Source: Anaeromyxobacter sp. (GTDB lineage: Bacteria > Myxococcota > Myxococcia > Myxococcales > Anaeromyxobacteraceae). From it: 64,000 nucleotides of DNA. The notes beneath the pieces were generated by a model. It worked only from the letters and a program-made list of their open reading frames with translations, ran no database searches and was not told the origin of the DNA. How positions within the stretch are numbered: the stretch's first letter is position 1; each line of letters starts with the position of its first letter. Position numbers and translations under genes: made by a program. The stretch is taken from NCBI GenBank assembly GCA_049840735.1, contig JASGJN010000016.1, forward strand, positions 11,598-75,597, given 5' to 3'. This document shows, piece after piece, positions 1-11,103 of the stretch.

Positions 1-1
1 G

Positions 2-172
2 GGCGGCCAGCTCACCAACGAGCAGATCGCGGCGCGCCTCTCGGTCTCGCTCGCCACCGTGAAGACCCACCTCAACCGCCTCTACGCCAAGCTCGGCATC
101 CGCTCGCGGGCCGAGGCGGTGGTCCGGGCGCGCGCCCTTTCGGCGCGGCCTCCCCGGGACCTCGCGCCATGA
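2..172 (+). CDS. C-terminal LuxR-type HTH of a transcriptional regulator (5' part outside window; possibly MalT-like)
   Basis: Frame from base 2 reads GGQLTNEQIAARLSVSLATVKTHLNRLYAKLGIRSRAEAV, a LuxR HTH; its TGA overlaps the ATG of the GH13 gene (ATGA). Confidence 0.85.
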   Translation, partial: GGQLTNEQIAARLSVSLATVKTHLNRLYAKLGIRSRAEAVVRARALSARPPRDLAP

Positions 173-1597
173 CCCACCCCTGGTTCCACGACGCCGTCTT
201 CTACGCGCTCAACCCCGACCGCTTCGCCCGCGCGCCCGGGCCTGCGCCCGAGGGCTGGGACCCGACCGCCTTCGAGCCCTGGGACGCCGCGCCGGCGCAC
301 CGCGCCTACAAGGGCGGCAACCTGTGGGGCCTCACCGCCGCGCTGGACGACCTGGTCGAGCTGGGCGTGACCGCGCTGCTGCTCACGCCGGTGTTCCTGG
401 GGGTGAGCCACCACCGCTACAAGACCATCGACCACCTGCGGGTGGATCCGCTCCTGGGCGGCGACGCGGCGCTGGACGCGCTGCTGGCGGCGGCGCACGC
501 CCGCGGGCTGCGGGTGGTGCTGGACGGCGTCTTCAACCACGTCGGGCTGGGGTTCGCGCCGTTCCAGGACCTGCTGGAGTACGGCGAGCGCTCCCCCTGG
601 CGGCGCTGGTTCCGGATTCGAGCGCTGGCCCGTGAACCCCTTCGACCAGGCCCACCCCGCCAACTACGCCTGCTGGAGCGGCAACCGCTCCATGCCGGAG
701 CTGGACCACGCGAACCCGGCGGTGCAGGCCTACGTGCTGCAGGTGATCACCCACTGGCTGCGCCGCGGGGTGGATGGCTGGCGCTTCGACGCGCCGGAGC
801 GGCTGCGCGATCACGCCTTCTGGCGCGAGGTGCGGCGCCAGGCCGAGGCGGCGCGCCCCGGGGCCTACCTGGTGGGCGAGAGCTGGGGCGACGCCTCCCC
901 CTGGCTGGACGGCGCGCAGTGGCACGGCACGACCCACTACCCGCTGCTCTACGCCCTGTACCGCTTCGCGGCCGGCGCGCGGCTCGATCCGGCGGGCCTG
1001 CTCCCCTCCTCCGGCCCGCAGCCGCCGCTCGACGCCGCCGGCTTCGCCGCCGCGCTGGAGGGGCTGCTCCGGCGCGACCGCTGGCCCACGCCGCTCGCCC
1101 ACCTGACCTTCCTCTCCACCCACGACGTGGGGCGCTTCCTCACCGCCGCCGGCGGCGACCGCGCCAGCCTGCGGCTGGGGGCGCTGCTCCTGTTCACGGT
1201 GCCGGGCGTGCCCTGCCTGTGGGCGGGGGACGAGGTGGGCATGACCGGCGGCCCGCCGCCGGCCAGCCGCGGCGGGTTCTGGCCGCGCGAGCGGTGGGAC
1301 CTGGAGCTCCGCGACCACCACCGCGCCCTGGCGGCGCTGCGCCGCGCGCACCCGGCGCTGCGCCGCGGCGGCTACCGGACGCTGCACGCGTCGGGCGGGC
1401 TCCTGGCCTTCGAGCGCGCGGCCGAGGGGGAGCGGCTGGTGGTGCTGGCCAACGCAGGCGACGCCGCGGCGTCGGCCGTCGTCGAGCTGGGCCCGGAGCC
1501 CGCGCTGCGCTTCGGCCAGCCGGCGCTGGCGGCCGAGGGCGGCGGGCGCTGGCGCGTGGGGCTCCCGGCGCGGGCGGGGGCGGTGCTGAGGGGGTGA
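169..1597 (+). CDS. GH13 alpha-amylase family protein (neopullulanase/cyclomaltodextrinase-like); frameshift near 617
   Basis: ORF 169 gives PDRFA, GGNLWG, HHRY, DGVFNH; ORF 632 continues with DGWRFDA, GESW, THDVGR, GDEVG; one extra base joins them. Confidence 0.88.
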
Positions 1598-1612
1598 GGG
1601 AGCCGCGGTCGC

Positions 1613-3187
1613 CTAGCGCCCCGGGCCGGCGATCACGCGCCGGACCCGGGCCAGCAGCTCCGTGCCGGTGAAGGGCTTCTGCAGGAGCTCCTCCGGCGCC
1701 GGCTCGCCGCTGGCCGAGGCCATCTCGCGGCGATCGCCGGCGTAGCCGGAGGTGAAGAGCACCCTCAGCCCCGGCCAGCTGGCGCGCAGGATCTCGGCCA
1801 GGCGCCGGCCGTCGAAGCGCGGCATGATCACGTCGGTGAGGAGCAGGTCCGGGGCGCGCTCCAGCTTGCGCGCCGCCTCCACCGCCTCCGGGCCGGAGGA
1901 GGCGGCCACCACCCGGTAGCCCTCGCCGGCCAGGGCGCGCACCGCCAGCGCCCGCACCGCCGGATCGTCCTCCACCAGCAGCACCAGCTCGCGGCCGCCC
2001 TGCGGCGCGGCGGGGGCCGGCGGGGCCGCGCGGGCCTCGTCCACCGGCTCGGTCCGCGGGAAGAAGATCTCGAAGCGGGTCCCGCGCCCGGGCTCGCTCT
2101 CCACCCGCACGCAGCCGCCGGCCTGGCTGACCGTGCCGTGGAGCGTCGCCAGCCCCAGCCCGGCCCCGCGGCCGACCTCCTTGGTGGTGAAGAACGGCTC
2201 GAAGGCCCTGGCCTTCACCTCCGGCGCCATCCCCACGCCGTCGTCCGAGACCGACAGCGCCACCCAGTCGCCGGCCGCCAGGAAGAGATCCGCCTCGCGC
2301 CCCAGCCGCACGTTGCGGGTGGCGATCACCACGTGGCCGCCGCTGGGCAGCGCGTCGCGGGCGTTGGCGGCCAGCTGCAGCAGCGCCTGGTCCACCTGCG
2401 CGGGATCGAGCCGCACCGGCCAGAGCCCCTCCTCCAGCCGCAGGGCCAGGTGCACGTCCTCGCCCAGCAGCCGGGCCAGCATCATCTCGTTGGCCTGCAC
2501 CGCCTGGTTCAGGTCCAGCACCACCGGCGAGACCACCTGCTTGCGCGCGAAGGCCAGCAGCTGCTTGGTCAGCTCGCGCGCCCGGGCGCCGGCGCGGGTG
2601 ATCTCCTCCAGGTCCTGCGCCGCCGGGGTGCGCCCCTCGGCCAGGTCGGAGCGGACCAGCTCGGCCGCGGAGAGGATGACGGTCAGCGCGTTGTTGAAGT
2701 CGTGCGCCACGCCGCCCGCCAGCCGGCCCACGCTCTCCAGCCGCTGCGCCTGGCGCAGCTGCTCGTCCATGCGCCGGGCGGTCACCTCGACGGTCCGGTC
2801 CACCAGGGTGCAGGCGAAGAGCGGCGCGTCGCCGGCCAGCGCCGGCAGCGGGGCCGCGCCCAGCTCCAGCCAGCCGGCCGTGCCGTCCGGGCGCTGCAGC
2901 CGCAGCAGCCGCGGCTCCACCGGCGCGCCGGTGGCGATGGCCCGGGCGATGGGCAGCTCGGCCGCGGTCAGCTCGGCGCCGTCCTCGGACCAGAGGCGGC
3001 AGCCACCGGGGCCGGGCGCGTGGCCGACGAGCTCGGCCTCGGCCTGGCCCAGGGCGGCCTCGGCGGCCGCGTTCATGGCCAGGACGGTGCCGTCGGCGGC
3101 GTGGACCATCACGCCGTGCCTGAGCGCGCTCATCAGGGCCAGCATGGCCTGGCCCTGCGGCTCGTCGAGCGTCCGGATCGGTTTCAC
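1613..3187 (-). CDS. PAS-domain hybrid sensor histidine kinase/response regulator
   Basis: PAS region, H-box LAGGVAHDFNN, NARDA, DDGVGM, FEPFFTTK, GAGLGLA; C-terminal receiver (LLVEDD, TDVIMP, KPF). Start uncertain (3145-3247). Confidence 0.9.
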   Translation of the reverse strand: MKPIRTLDEPQGQAMLALMSALRHGVMVHAADGTVLAMNAAAEAALGQAEAELVGHAPGPGGCRLWSEDGAELTAAELPIARAIATGAPVEPRLLRLQRPDGTAGWLELGAAPLPALAGDAPLFACTLVDRTVEVTARRMDEQLRQAQRLESVGRLAGGVAHDFNNALTVILSAAELVRSDLAEGRTPAAQDLEEITRAGARARELTKQLLAFARKQVVSPVVLDLNQAVQANEMMLARLLGEDVHLALRLEEGLWPVRLDPAQVDQALLQLAANARDALPSGGHVVIATRNVRLGREADLFLAAGDWVALSVSDDGVGMAPEVKARAFEPFFTTKEVGRGAGLGLATLHGTVSQAGGCVRVESEPGRGTRFEIFFPRTEPVDEARAAPPAPAAPQGGRELVLLVEDDPAVRALAVRALAGEGYRVVAASSGPEAVEAARKLERAPDLLLTDVIMPRFDGRRLAEILRASWPGLRVLFTSGYAGDRREMASASGEPAPEELLQKPFTGTELLARVRRVIAGPGR

Positions 3188-3340
3188 GCGCAGGCTCCCT
3201 GGAGGGAGCGTATCACGCGCCGGCCGCCGGGCCAGGCCAGGTCGCACGTCAGGAGTGACCCCGGCCCCGGTGCCCCCGGTCCAGGGGACGCGACCGCTGG
3301 GCCGGCGCGCACCCGGAGGCGCGCGCCGCCGCCTGAGCGG

Positions 3341-4794
3341 CTACGGCTGGGACGCCGCGGGCAGGGCCGCCGGCGCGCCCTGGGCCGGCTGGCCGGCCGG
3401 CTGCTCCGGCGGGAGCTCCCAGCCGCCGCCCAGCGCGCGGTAGAGCTGGATGATGGTGACGATCTCGTCCCGCTCCGTCTGCACCAGGGCCGTCTCGGCG
3501 GCGAAGGACTGGCGCTGGGCGTCGAGGACCTCGAGGAAGTTGGTCACGCCGCCCTCGAAGCGGAGCCGGGCCAGGCGCTCCGCCTCCTTGCTGGAGGCGA
3601 CCTCGATCTCCTGCGCCTGCCGGACCCGGGCCAGCGTGCGGTGGCTCCAGCTGGCGTCCGCCACCTCGCGCAGCGCGCCGAAGACCGTGTTGCGCCACTG
3701 CTCGCCGGTGGCCTCGATGTCGGCGCGGGCGAAGTCCTCGAAGGCCGAGAGCCGGCCGCCGTCGAAGATGGGCGCCAGGATGCCGGCGCCGATCGACGTG
3801 GCCACCGCGTCGCCGGTGAAGATCTTGGACGGATCGAGCGCGTCCAGGGCGAGGGTGCCGGTCAGGGTGAGCGAGGGCAGCCGGTTGGCGCGCGCCACCC
3901 GGGCGCGGGCGGCGGCGGCCACCACCGCCTCCTCGGCGGCGGCCACGTCGGGCCGGCGCCGCAGCAGCGCGGTGGGCACGCCGCTCGGCAGCGCCTGCGG
4001 GACGGCCTGGCCCAGCAGGGCCTGGCCGCGCTCGATGGGCCCGGGGTGCGGCCCAGCAGGATGCAGAGCCGGTGCTCCTGCAGCGCGATGGCGCGCTCGG
4101 TGGCCGGGATGGCCGCCTCGGCGTTGGCCCAGTCGGCGCGGGCCTGGTTCATCTCCAGGTCGTTGCCCACGCCGCCCCTGGCGCGGTTCTCGACCAGCTC
4201 GAGCGACCCGCGGCGCGCCTCGGCGGCGGCCCGGGTGATGTCCAGCTGCAGGTCGAGCGCCCGCAGCTCGATGTAGGCCTGCGCGACGGCCGCGACCAGG
4301 GATGCGCGGGCGGCGTCGCGGAAGCCCTCGCTGGCGCGCAGGTCGGCCAGCGAGGCCTCCCTGGCGCTGCGCACCTTGCCCCAGAGGTCGAGCTCCCAGG
4401 AGAGCCCCACGCCCAGGCCATAGCGATCGCCGGTCTCGGCCAGCGGGTTCACCTGCAGCGACTCGCGGCCGTAGCTGACGTTGCCGAAGGCGTCGAGGCG
4501 GGGCCACAGCTCGGCGCCGGCGGCGCGCGCCAGGGCGGCGGACTGCACCACGCGGGTGGAGGCGACCTTGAGGTCGGGGTTGCCGGCCAGCGCCTCGCGG
4601 ATGAGCTGCTGCAGCACCGGGTCGCGGACGATCTCCCACCACTTGAGATCGGCCAGCGAGGCCTCGGGGGCCTGCTGCGACTGCTCGCCGAAGCGGTGCG
4701 TCTCGGGGAGCTGGAGGTCCGGGCGCTTGTACGCCGGACCGACCACGCAGCCGGCCAGTCCGGCGAGCGCGGCGAGGGCGAGGAGGCGGTTCAC
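3341..4794 (-). CDS. RND efflux outer-membrane lipoprotein (NodT/OprM family); frameshift near 4040
   Basis: Lipobox LAGC, VGPAYKRP, SWELDLWG in one frame; PTALLRRRPDVAAAE and LYRALGGGW in the next. Confidence 0.88.
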
Positions 4795-4808
4795 GGGTGC
4801 GCTCCGGG

Positions 4809-7800
4809 TCACGGGACGGGGTGGGAGGCGGGGGCCGGCGGCGCCGCGGTCTTGGGCTTGCCGGCGGTCCTGAGCTTGAGGTTCTCGACCACCACGAAGA
4901 GGACGGGCACCAGCAGCACGCCCAGGATGGTGGCCACCAGCATGCCGGAGAAGACGGTGACGCCCATCACCACGCGCGCCTCGGCGCCGGCGCCGGAGGC
5001 GGTCATGAGCGGCACCACGCCCAGGATGAAGGCGAAGGCCGTCATGAGGATGGGGCGGAAGCGGAGCTTGGCCGCGGTGAGGGCCGCGTCGAAGGGCGTG
5101 GCCCCCTTCTTCTCCATCTCCTCCTTGGCGAACTCGACGATCAGGATGGCGTTCTTGGCGGCCAGGCCGATCAGCATCACCAGGCCGATCTGCGCGAAGA
5201 CGTTGTTGACGTACCGCTCGGCGCCGAGGCGCGCCAGCCACAGCCCCAGGAACGCGCCGAAGGCGGCGAAGGGGGTGCCCAGCACGACCGAGAACGGGAG
5301 CGCCCAGCTCTCGTACTGGGCCGCCAGGATCAGGAAGACCAGCACCATGGCCAGCACGAACACCACCGCGCCGGAGCCGGCCGCCTTCTTCTCCTGGTAC
5401 GACACGTTGGACCAGTCGTAGCCGTAGCCCGCGTCCAGGGTCTCGTTCGCGACCTGCTCCAGCGCCTCGAGCGCCTGGGTCGAGGAGTAGCCCGGCGCCG
5501 GGACGCCGGAGATCTCCGCCGCGCGGAACAGGTTGAAGCGGTTGGTGAACTCCGGGCCGGAGGCCGGGCCCACCTTCACCAGCGTGTCGAGCGGGACCAT
5601 GTCGCCGCCGGCCGAGCGCGTGTAGAACTGCGAGAGCGAGCGGATGTCGGCGCGGTACTCGGGCTCGGCCTGCAGGAACACCTTGTAGACGCGGCCGAAG
5701 CGGTTGAAGTCGTTGACGTAGGAGGAGCCGAGGAGCGGCCCCAGCGTGCCGTTCAGCTCGGCCAGCGGCACGCCCATCTTGAGCGCCTTCTCGCGATCCA
5801 CCGAGGCCATGATTTGCGGGACGGAGGCGCGGTACAGGGTGTTGATGCCGCCGATCTCCGGCCGCTTGCGGGCGGCGGCGATGAACTTCTCGGCCTCCGC
5901 CTGCAGGTCGGCCGGGGAGTTGCCGGTGCGGTCCTGGAGCATGAAGGTGAAGCCGGAGCCGGTGCCCAGGCCGGGGATGGGGGGCGGGCCGAAGGCCAGC
6001 GCCACCGCCTCGGGGATCTCGGCCGAGAGCTTGCGGTTGAGCCGCTTGAGGATGTCGGCGGCGGTGTTGTGCTTGCCGCGCTCGCCCCAGTCCTTCAGCG
6101 AGACGAAGAAGAAGGAGTTGTTGGAGGCGTAGGCGCCGGTGATGATCGAGAAGCCGTCCACCGCGGTGACGTACTCGACGCCCTCCTCGGCGGAGACGAT
6201 CTGCTCGGCGCGCTTGGCCACCTCGGTGGTGCGCTGCAGCGAGGCCGCGTCGGGCAGCATCACGTTGACGAGCACGTAGCCGTTGTCCTCGTCCGGGAGG
6301 AAGCCGCCCGGCACGCGCATGGCCACCAGCGCCGCGCCCACCATCACGGCCAGCACCAGCACCAGGCTGCGGACCGCCTTGCCGACCAGCACGCGGGTCA
6401 GCCCCACGTAGCCGTCGGTGAACCTGCCGAAGACCTTGTTGAACCAGTTGTAGAACGGCGTGAGCAGGCTCTTCTTGCCGTGGGCCGGCTTGAGCAGCAG
6501 GGCCGAGAGCGCGGGGGAGAGCGTCAGCGCGTTGATGACCGAGAAGATGACCGAGATGGCGATGGTCAGCGCGAACTGCTGGTAGAGCCGGCCGGTCAGG
6601 CCGCCCATGAAGGCCACCGGGACGAACACCGCCGTGAGCACGAGGCCGATGGCGATCACCGGCCCGGAGACCTCCTTCATGGCGAGCTCGGTGGCCTCCT
6701 TCGGTGTCTTGCCGTGCTCGATGTGGTGCATCACGGCCTCGACCACCACGATGGCGTCGTCCACCACGATGCCGATGGCCAGCACCAGGCCCAGCAGCGA
6801 GAGCACGTTGACGCTGAAGCCCAGCAGCGGGAAGGCGATGAAGGTGCCGATGAGCGACACCGGCACGGTCATGAGCGGGATGAGCGTGGCGCGCCAGTTC
6901 TGCAGGAAGATGAACACCACCAGGATCACCAGCACCACCGCCTCGAAGAGCGTGTGGACGATCTCGTTGATGCCCTCGGAGATGGGCTTGGTGGTGTCGA
7001 GCGTGACCTTGTAGTTCACGTCGCCCGGGAACTTGCCGGACAGCTGCTCCATGGTGGCCTGGATCTTCTGCGCCACCTCGAGGGCGTTCGACCCCGGGCT
7101 CTGGTAGACGGCGATGGCGGCCGCCGGCTTGCCGTTGAGGCGGCCGGCGGCGTTGTAGAGGAGCGAGCCGAGCTGGATCCGGGCCACGTCCTTCAGCCGG
7201 ATCACCGAGCCGTCCGGCGCGGCCTTCACGATCACGTTCCCGAAGTCCTCCTCGTTGAGGAGGCGGCCCTGGGTGCGGACCACGTAGGTGAAGGAGGTGC
7301 CGGGGGGCGCCGGCGGGCCGCCGACCTGGCCGGCCGGGGTGATGGTGTTCTGCTGCTGGAGCGCGCTGGAGAGGTCGGAGACCGTCAGGTTGTAGCGCTT
7401 CAGGACGTCCGGCCGGATCCAGACGCGCATGGCGTAGTCGGAGCCGCCGAAGAGCGTCACCTGGCCCACGCCGGAGATGCGCGCCAGCGCGTCGTTGATG
7501 TTGATGGCGCAGTAGTTGGAGAGGAACTCGGTGTCGTACTGCCCCGAGGGCGAGGTCAGGGCCAGCACCATCAGCGGGAAGGAGAGCGACTTCTTGACGT
7601 TGACGCCCTGGGCCTTCACCGCCTGCGGCATCTGCGCGTTGGCCTGCGAGACGCGGTTCTGCGTCAGCACGTTCGACATGTCGAGGTCGGAGCCGACCTC
7701 GAAGGACACCTGCACGTTGGCGGTGCCGTCGTTCGCGTTGGTGGAGCGCATGTAGATCATGCGCTCGACGCCGTTCACCTGCTGCTCGATGGGCGTGGAG

Positions 7801-7982
7801 ACCGACTGCTCCACCTCGACGGCGGAGGCGCCGTAGTAGGTGGTGCTGATCTGGATCAGCGGCGGGACGATCTCGGGGTACTGGGCGATGGGGAGGCCCT
7901 TGAGGGCCACCACGCCCACCAGCACCGTCACGATGGAGATCACCATCGCGACGATGGGGCGGCGGATGAAGAAGTTGCCCAT
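4809..7982 (-). CDS. Multidrug RND efflux permease (HAE1, AcrB family)
   Basis: 1057 aa; FFIRRPI, AIGIVVDDAIVVVE, GLAAKNAILIVEFA, RFRPILMT. Confidence 0.96.
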   Translation of the reverse strand: MGNFFIRRPIVAMVISIVTVLVGVVALKGLPIAQYPEIVPPLIQISTTYYGASAVEVEQSVSTPIEQQVNGVERMIYMRSTNANDGTANVQVSFEVGSDLDMSNVLTQNRVSQANAQMPQAVKAQGVNVKKSLSFPLMVLALTSPSGQYDTEFLSNYCAININDALARISGVGQVTLFGGSDYAMRVWIRPDVLKRYNLTVSDLSSALQQQNTITPAGQVGGPPAPPGTSFTYVVRTQGRLLNEEDFGNVIVKAAPDGSVIRLKDVARIQLGSLLYNAAGRLNGKPAAAIAVYQSPGSNALEVAQKIQATMEQLSGKFPGDVNYKVTLDTTKPISEGINEIVHTLFEAVVLVILVVFIFLQNWRATLIPLMTVPVSLIGTFIAFPLLGFSVNVLSLLGLVLAIGIVVDDAIVVVEAVMHHIEHGKTPKEATELAMKEVSGPVIAIGLVLTAVFVPVAFMGGLTGRLYQQFALTIAISVIFSVINALTLSPALSALLLKPAHGKKSLLTPFYNWFNKVFGRFTDGYVGLTRVLVGKAVRSLVLVLAVMVGAALVAMRVPGGFLPDEDNGYVLVNVMLPDAASLQRTTEVAKRAEQIVSAEEGVEYVTAVDGFSIITGAYASNNSFFFVSLKDWGERGKHNTAADILKRLNRKLSAEIPEAVALAFGPPPIPGLGTGSGFTFMLQDRTGNSPADLQAEAEKFIAAARKRPEIGGINTLYRASVPQIMASVDREKALKMGVPLAELNGTLGPLLGSSYVNDFNRFGRVYKVFLQAEPEYRADIRSLSQFYTRSAGGDMVPLDTLVKVGPASGPEFTNRFNLFRAAEISGVPAPGYSSTQALEALEQVANETLDAGYGYDWSNVSYQEKKAAGSGAVVFVLAMVLVFLILAAQYESWALPFSVVLGTPFAAFGAFLGLWLARLGAERYVNNVFAQIGLVMLIGLAAKNAILIVEFAKEEMEKKGATPFDAALTAAKLRFRPILMTAFAFILGVVPLMTASGAGAEARVVMGVTVFSGMLVATILGVLLVPVLFVVVENLKLRTAGKPKTAAPPAPASHPVP

Positions 7983-7985
7983 GAC

Positions 7986-9155
7986 CTACTTCCCCTCGGC
8001 CGCAGCCGGGACCACGGCCGGCGCGCCGGCCTCGCGCACCGCCACCTGCGAGCCGTTGCGGACCTTCTGGATGCCCTCCACGACGACCCGCTCCCCCGGC
8101 TTCAGCCCCTCCTCGACCACCCAGTCCTCGCCCATGCGCGGGCCCATCTTCGTCTTGCGCATCTCGACGGCGTTCTCGGCGGTGACCACGGCGACGCTGA
8201 ACGTGCCCTGCAGCTCGGTGACGGCGCGCTGCGGGACCAGCAGCGCCCCGGCGCGGCGCTCGGAGCGGAAGCGGACCTTGCCGTAGAGGCCGGGGCGGAG
8301 CGTGCGGTCCGGGTTGGCGAACGCCAGGTCCACGCGGATGGTGCCGGTGGTGGGGTCCACGGCGTTGTCGACCAGGATGACCTTGCCGCGGGCCGTGTGC
8401 ACCCGGCCGTCGGCCAGGATCAGCTCGGGGCCGTCCTCGGGGGCCGGGGCCTTGGGATTGCGGTTGGCCGTCCCTCGCTCGCCCACCTGGCGCACCAGGC
8501 GCAGGTAGTCGGTCTCGGGCAGCGCCACCGAGACGCGGATGGGGTCGAGGGAGCTGACCGTGGCCAGCAGGGTGGACTCGCCGCGGCCCACCAGGCTGCC
8601 CACCTGCTTCTCGGCCTTGGAGGCCAGGCCGGAGACCGGCGAGACCACGCGCGCGTAGGAGAGGTCGAGCTGGGACTTCTCCAGCGTCGCCCGCGCCGCC
8701 TCGAGCTGCGCCACGGCCGCCCGCTGCGCCGCCTGCGCGTTGTCGAGCTCGGCCTGGGCGACGGCCCGCTGCGCGACCAGCGGCCCGTACCGCTTCACGT
8801 CCATCTCGGCCTTGGACAGGTTCGACTCGGCGCGCGCCACGTCGGCCCTGGCCGAGGCGACCTTGGAGGTCAGCTCGCGCGGGTCGATGGTGAAGAGGAG
8901 CTGGCCCGCCTTGACCTCTCCGCCCTCGACGTAGTCGATGGAGGCCAGGAACCCCTCCACGCGGGCGCGGATCTCGATGTCCTGCAGGCCGCGGAGCTGG
9001 CCGACCAGCTCCGAGGCCACGTCGATGTCCTTCTGGACCACCGGCGCCACCACCACGCTGGCGGGCGGAGGGGCCGCCGGCCCGGCCGCCTTGGTGCAGG
9101 CGAACAGGGTGAAGCTGGCTGCGAGAGCCGGGAGCAGGCGAAGGCGGCGGGACAT
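7986..9155 (-). CDS. RND efflux periplasmic adaptor (MFP) lipoprotein
   Basis: Lipobox LFAC; IRARVEG, LFTIDP, VDPTTGT, LRPGLY, VPQRAV; directly upstream of the permease. Confidence 0.93.
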   Translation of the reverse strand: MSRRLRLLPALAASFTLFACTKAAGPAAPPPASVVVAPVVQKDIDVASELVGQLRGLQDIEIRARVEGFLASIDYVEGGEVKAGQLLFTIDPRELTSKVASARADVARAESNLSKAEMDVKRYGPLVAQRAVAQAELDNAQAAQRAAVAQLEAARATLEKSQLDLSYARVVSPVSGLASKAEKQVGSLVGRGESTLLATVSSLDPIRVSVALPETDYLRLVRQVGERGTANRNPKAPAPEDGPELILADGRVHTARGKVILVDNAVDPTTGTIRVDLAFANPDRTLRPGLYGKVRFRSERRAGALLVPQRAVTELQGTFSVAVVTAENAVEMRKTKMGPRMGEDWVVEEGLKPGERVVVEGIQKVRNGSQVAVREAGAPAVVPAAAEGK

Positions 9156-9375
9156 GGGAACCTCGTTGATCCGGCGGTAGGCGACGCGCCCGTTTCGGGT
9201 GCCGTCGTCGGTTTTAGCTTTGTGGGCCAATGTGGGGGAGGTCCCGGCAGGGGGGCCTGCCCTCATCCTCCCTGCGGGATCCCGTTCGAGCGGGCGGCTG
9301 GACCGGGTCCGGTCGCCGCGGCGGGCACCAGGGGGCCCCGCCCCCGCGCAATGGGCGCGGGAACGGGCTTGGCAG

Positions 9376-9975
9376 CTACAGCTTCGGCTTCTCGATGCCG
9401 ATGGCGAGCGACTCGACGTAGGTCGCGAGCAGCTTGTCGCCGACCTTCAGCTTGTCGAGCTGGACCTTCGGACCGGCGGCGACCTGGTAGCTGTTGCCGG
9501 CAGGGCCCTGGAAGGTCACCAGGCGCTTCTGCGTGTCGATGGCGGTGACCGTCACGGTGGACTGCACACCGCCCACCACGGCACCGGCCGGCGGCGCGGT
9601 GGCGCCGGCCTTGGCGCCCGCAGCCACCGCGGTGGGCTCCACGGTGGCAGAGCCCGGCGGCTGGTACTCGAGCAACAGGCCCTGCTCGGCCTCGACCACG
9701 ATGGTGTCGCCGACGGCGATCTCGTCGAACCGCTTCACCTCGGGCGGCACGGCGAAGGACTCGGTGGCGCCGCCCTCGCCCTCGACCGTCATGTGCCGGG
9801 TGGCCTTGTCGATGGACTTCACCTTGACGGTGAGCTTGGCGTGGCGAGCCGCGGCGGCCTGGCCGACCACGCCGGTGTTCTCGACCATGGCGGGCGCGGC
9901 GGAGTCGGTCTGGGAGGAGCTGGTCGCGCAGGCCGCGGCGAGCGCGGCGGCGGAGAGGACGAGCGGGAAGCGCAC
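9376..9975 (-). CDS. Hypothetical lipoprotein with two OB-like beta-barrel repeats
   Basis: GTG start, LAAAC lipobox; two repeats (VKSIDKATRHMTVEG...IAVGD; VTAIDTQKRLVTFQG...LKVGD). Confidence 0.75.
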   Translation of the reverse strand: MRFPLVLSAAALAAACATSSSQTDSAAPAMVENTGVVGQAAAARHAKLTVKVKSIDKATRHMTVEGEGGATESFAVPPEVKRFDEIAVGDTIVVEAEQGLLLEYQPPGSATVEPTAVAAGAKAGATAPPAGAVVGGVQSTVTVTAIDTQKRLVTFQGPAGNSYQVAAGPKVQLDKLKVGDKLLATYVESLAIGIEKPKL

Positions 9976-10244
9976 GGGAAACTCCTGGCCTCTCGAGAGG
10001 CAAGTCGGGTGAGTGCGCGATGGTACGACAGGGCGCCCAGACCGGCGTTGGGACCAAGGTCCCATGCCGCAGCGCGCGAGAGGCGCCGGACCGGGGCGCC
10101 CTGGGAAAAGCCCGATCCGTGTCGGCGAGGCCTCGCCGAGGTGCCGGAGCGGTGAGCGGTGGACCGGGGGACGGGTGGAAGGCCTGGTCGGTCCAGGCCG
10201 AGGCCACCCCGGACCGGGCGGCCCTCCAGGTGCGCGCTGCCGGT

Positions 10245-10847
10245 TCACCGCTTGTCGTGGTCGCGCCGCAGTTGCTCCAGCGCGATCCGGACCTCTTCCT
10301 GGATCGCCCGGCGGACGGCTGGATCGAGCCCCTGCGCCCCGCGCTCCGCGCCCGCGAGCGCGCGCTCACTCTCCGACACCCGGCGCAGCGTCTCCCTTTG
10401 CTGGCGCGTCTCCTCGCGCAGCTGCCGCCCCGCCTCGGAGTCGGCGCGCACGCGCTCGGTGCGCGCCCGCTGGGTCTCCGAGTGACGGCGCTGCTCCTCG
10501 GCCACCATTCGAAGAAGCTCACCTGCTCCGCGGAGCTGCTCGGCGAGGACGCGATCCCTCTCCAGGGCCCGCACGAGGTCCTCCGCCTTCCGCGCGACCT
10601 CGTCGTGGAGGCGCCGGGCCTCCTCGGCTGCCTGCCGCGCCGCCTCGGCGTGCTGGGCGGCCCGCTCTGCCTGGACTCGCACGCTCTCGGCGGAGACCCT
10701 CTTCGATTCGGCGGCAATCCGCTGGCGCTCGGCTCCCTGACGCTTCCTTTCGGCCGCTTGGCCCCGCGATCTGGCTCGCCCGCTGTCGGCAACCGGGCGG
10801 CGCCGATCGGGCGGCGGCTTCTTTCTGGACGGACGTTCGGAACGCAT
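10245..10847 (-). CDS. Hypothetical coiled-coil protein
   Basis: E/R/A/Q-rich helical ORF (AERKRQGAERQRIAAESKRVSAES...). Confidence 0.5.
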   Translation of the reverse strand: MRSERPSRKKPPPDRRRPVADSGRARSRGQAAERKRQGAERQRIAAESKRVSAESVRVQAERAAQHAEAARQAAEEARRLHDEVARKAEDLVRALERDRVLAEQLRGAGELLRMVAEEQRRHSETQRARTERVRADSEAGRQLREETRQQRETLRRVSESERALAGAERGAQGLDPAVRRAIQEEVRIALEQLRRDHDKR

Positions 10848-11103
10848 TCCGCTCCAGACGGTATGGCATGCGCCTCGCGGAGCCCGCGCCCCCTCACGGG
10901 GCCACTCGACCATCTGTGCGGGAGCTGCCAGCGACTCGCGTGCGACCGGGTCGCCGCCCTGCTCCAGCCTGACCGGGTGGACGCTCCGGCGCGCGTCGGA
11001 GCAGGCCGGCCGCCTTCTCCGAGCGCCTGGAAGCCGCTGAACGGCGTTCCCGTTCTGGGGTCGCAGCCCGCGCCTCTCGGACGAGCGGACCATGGCCAGA
11101 CCG

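Noticed and set aside
4797..9548. 1583-aa plus-strand ORF and other long antisense or off-frame ORFs (e.g. 28157-31462, 51598-54879, 52985-55711)
   Set aside because: Shadow ORFs of well-supported genes, expected at very high GC; no motifs
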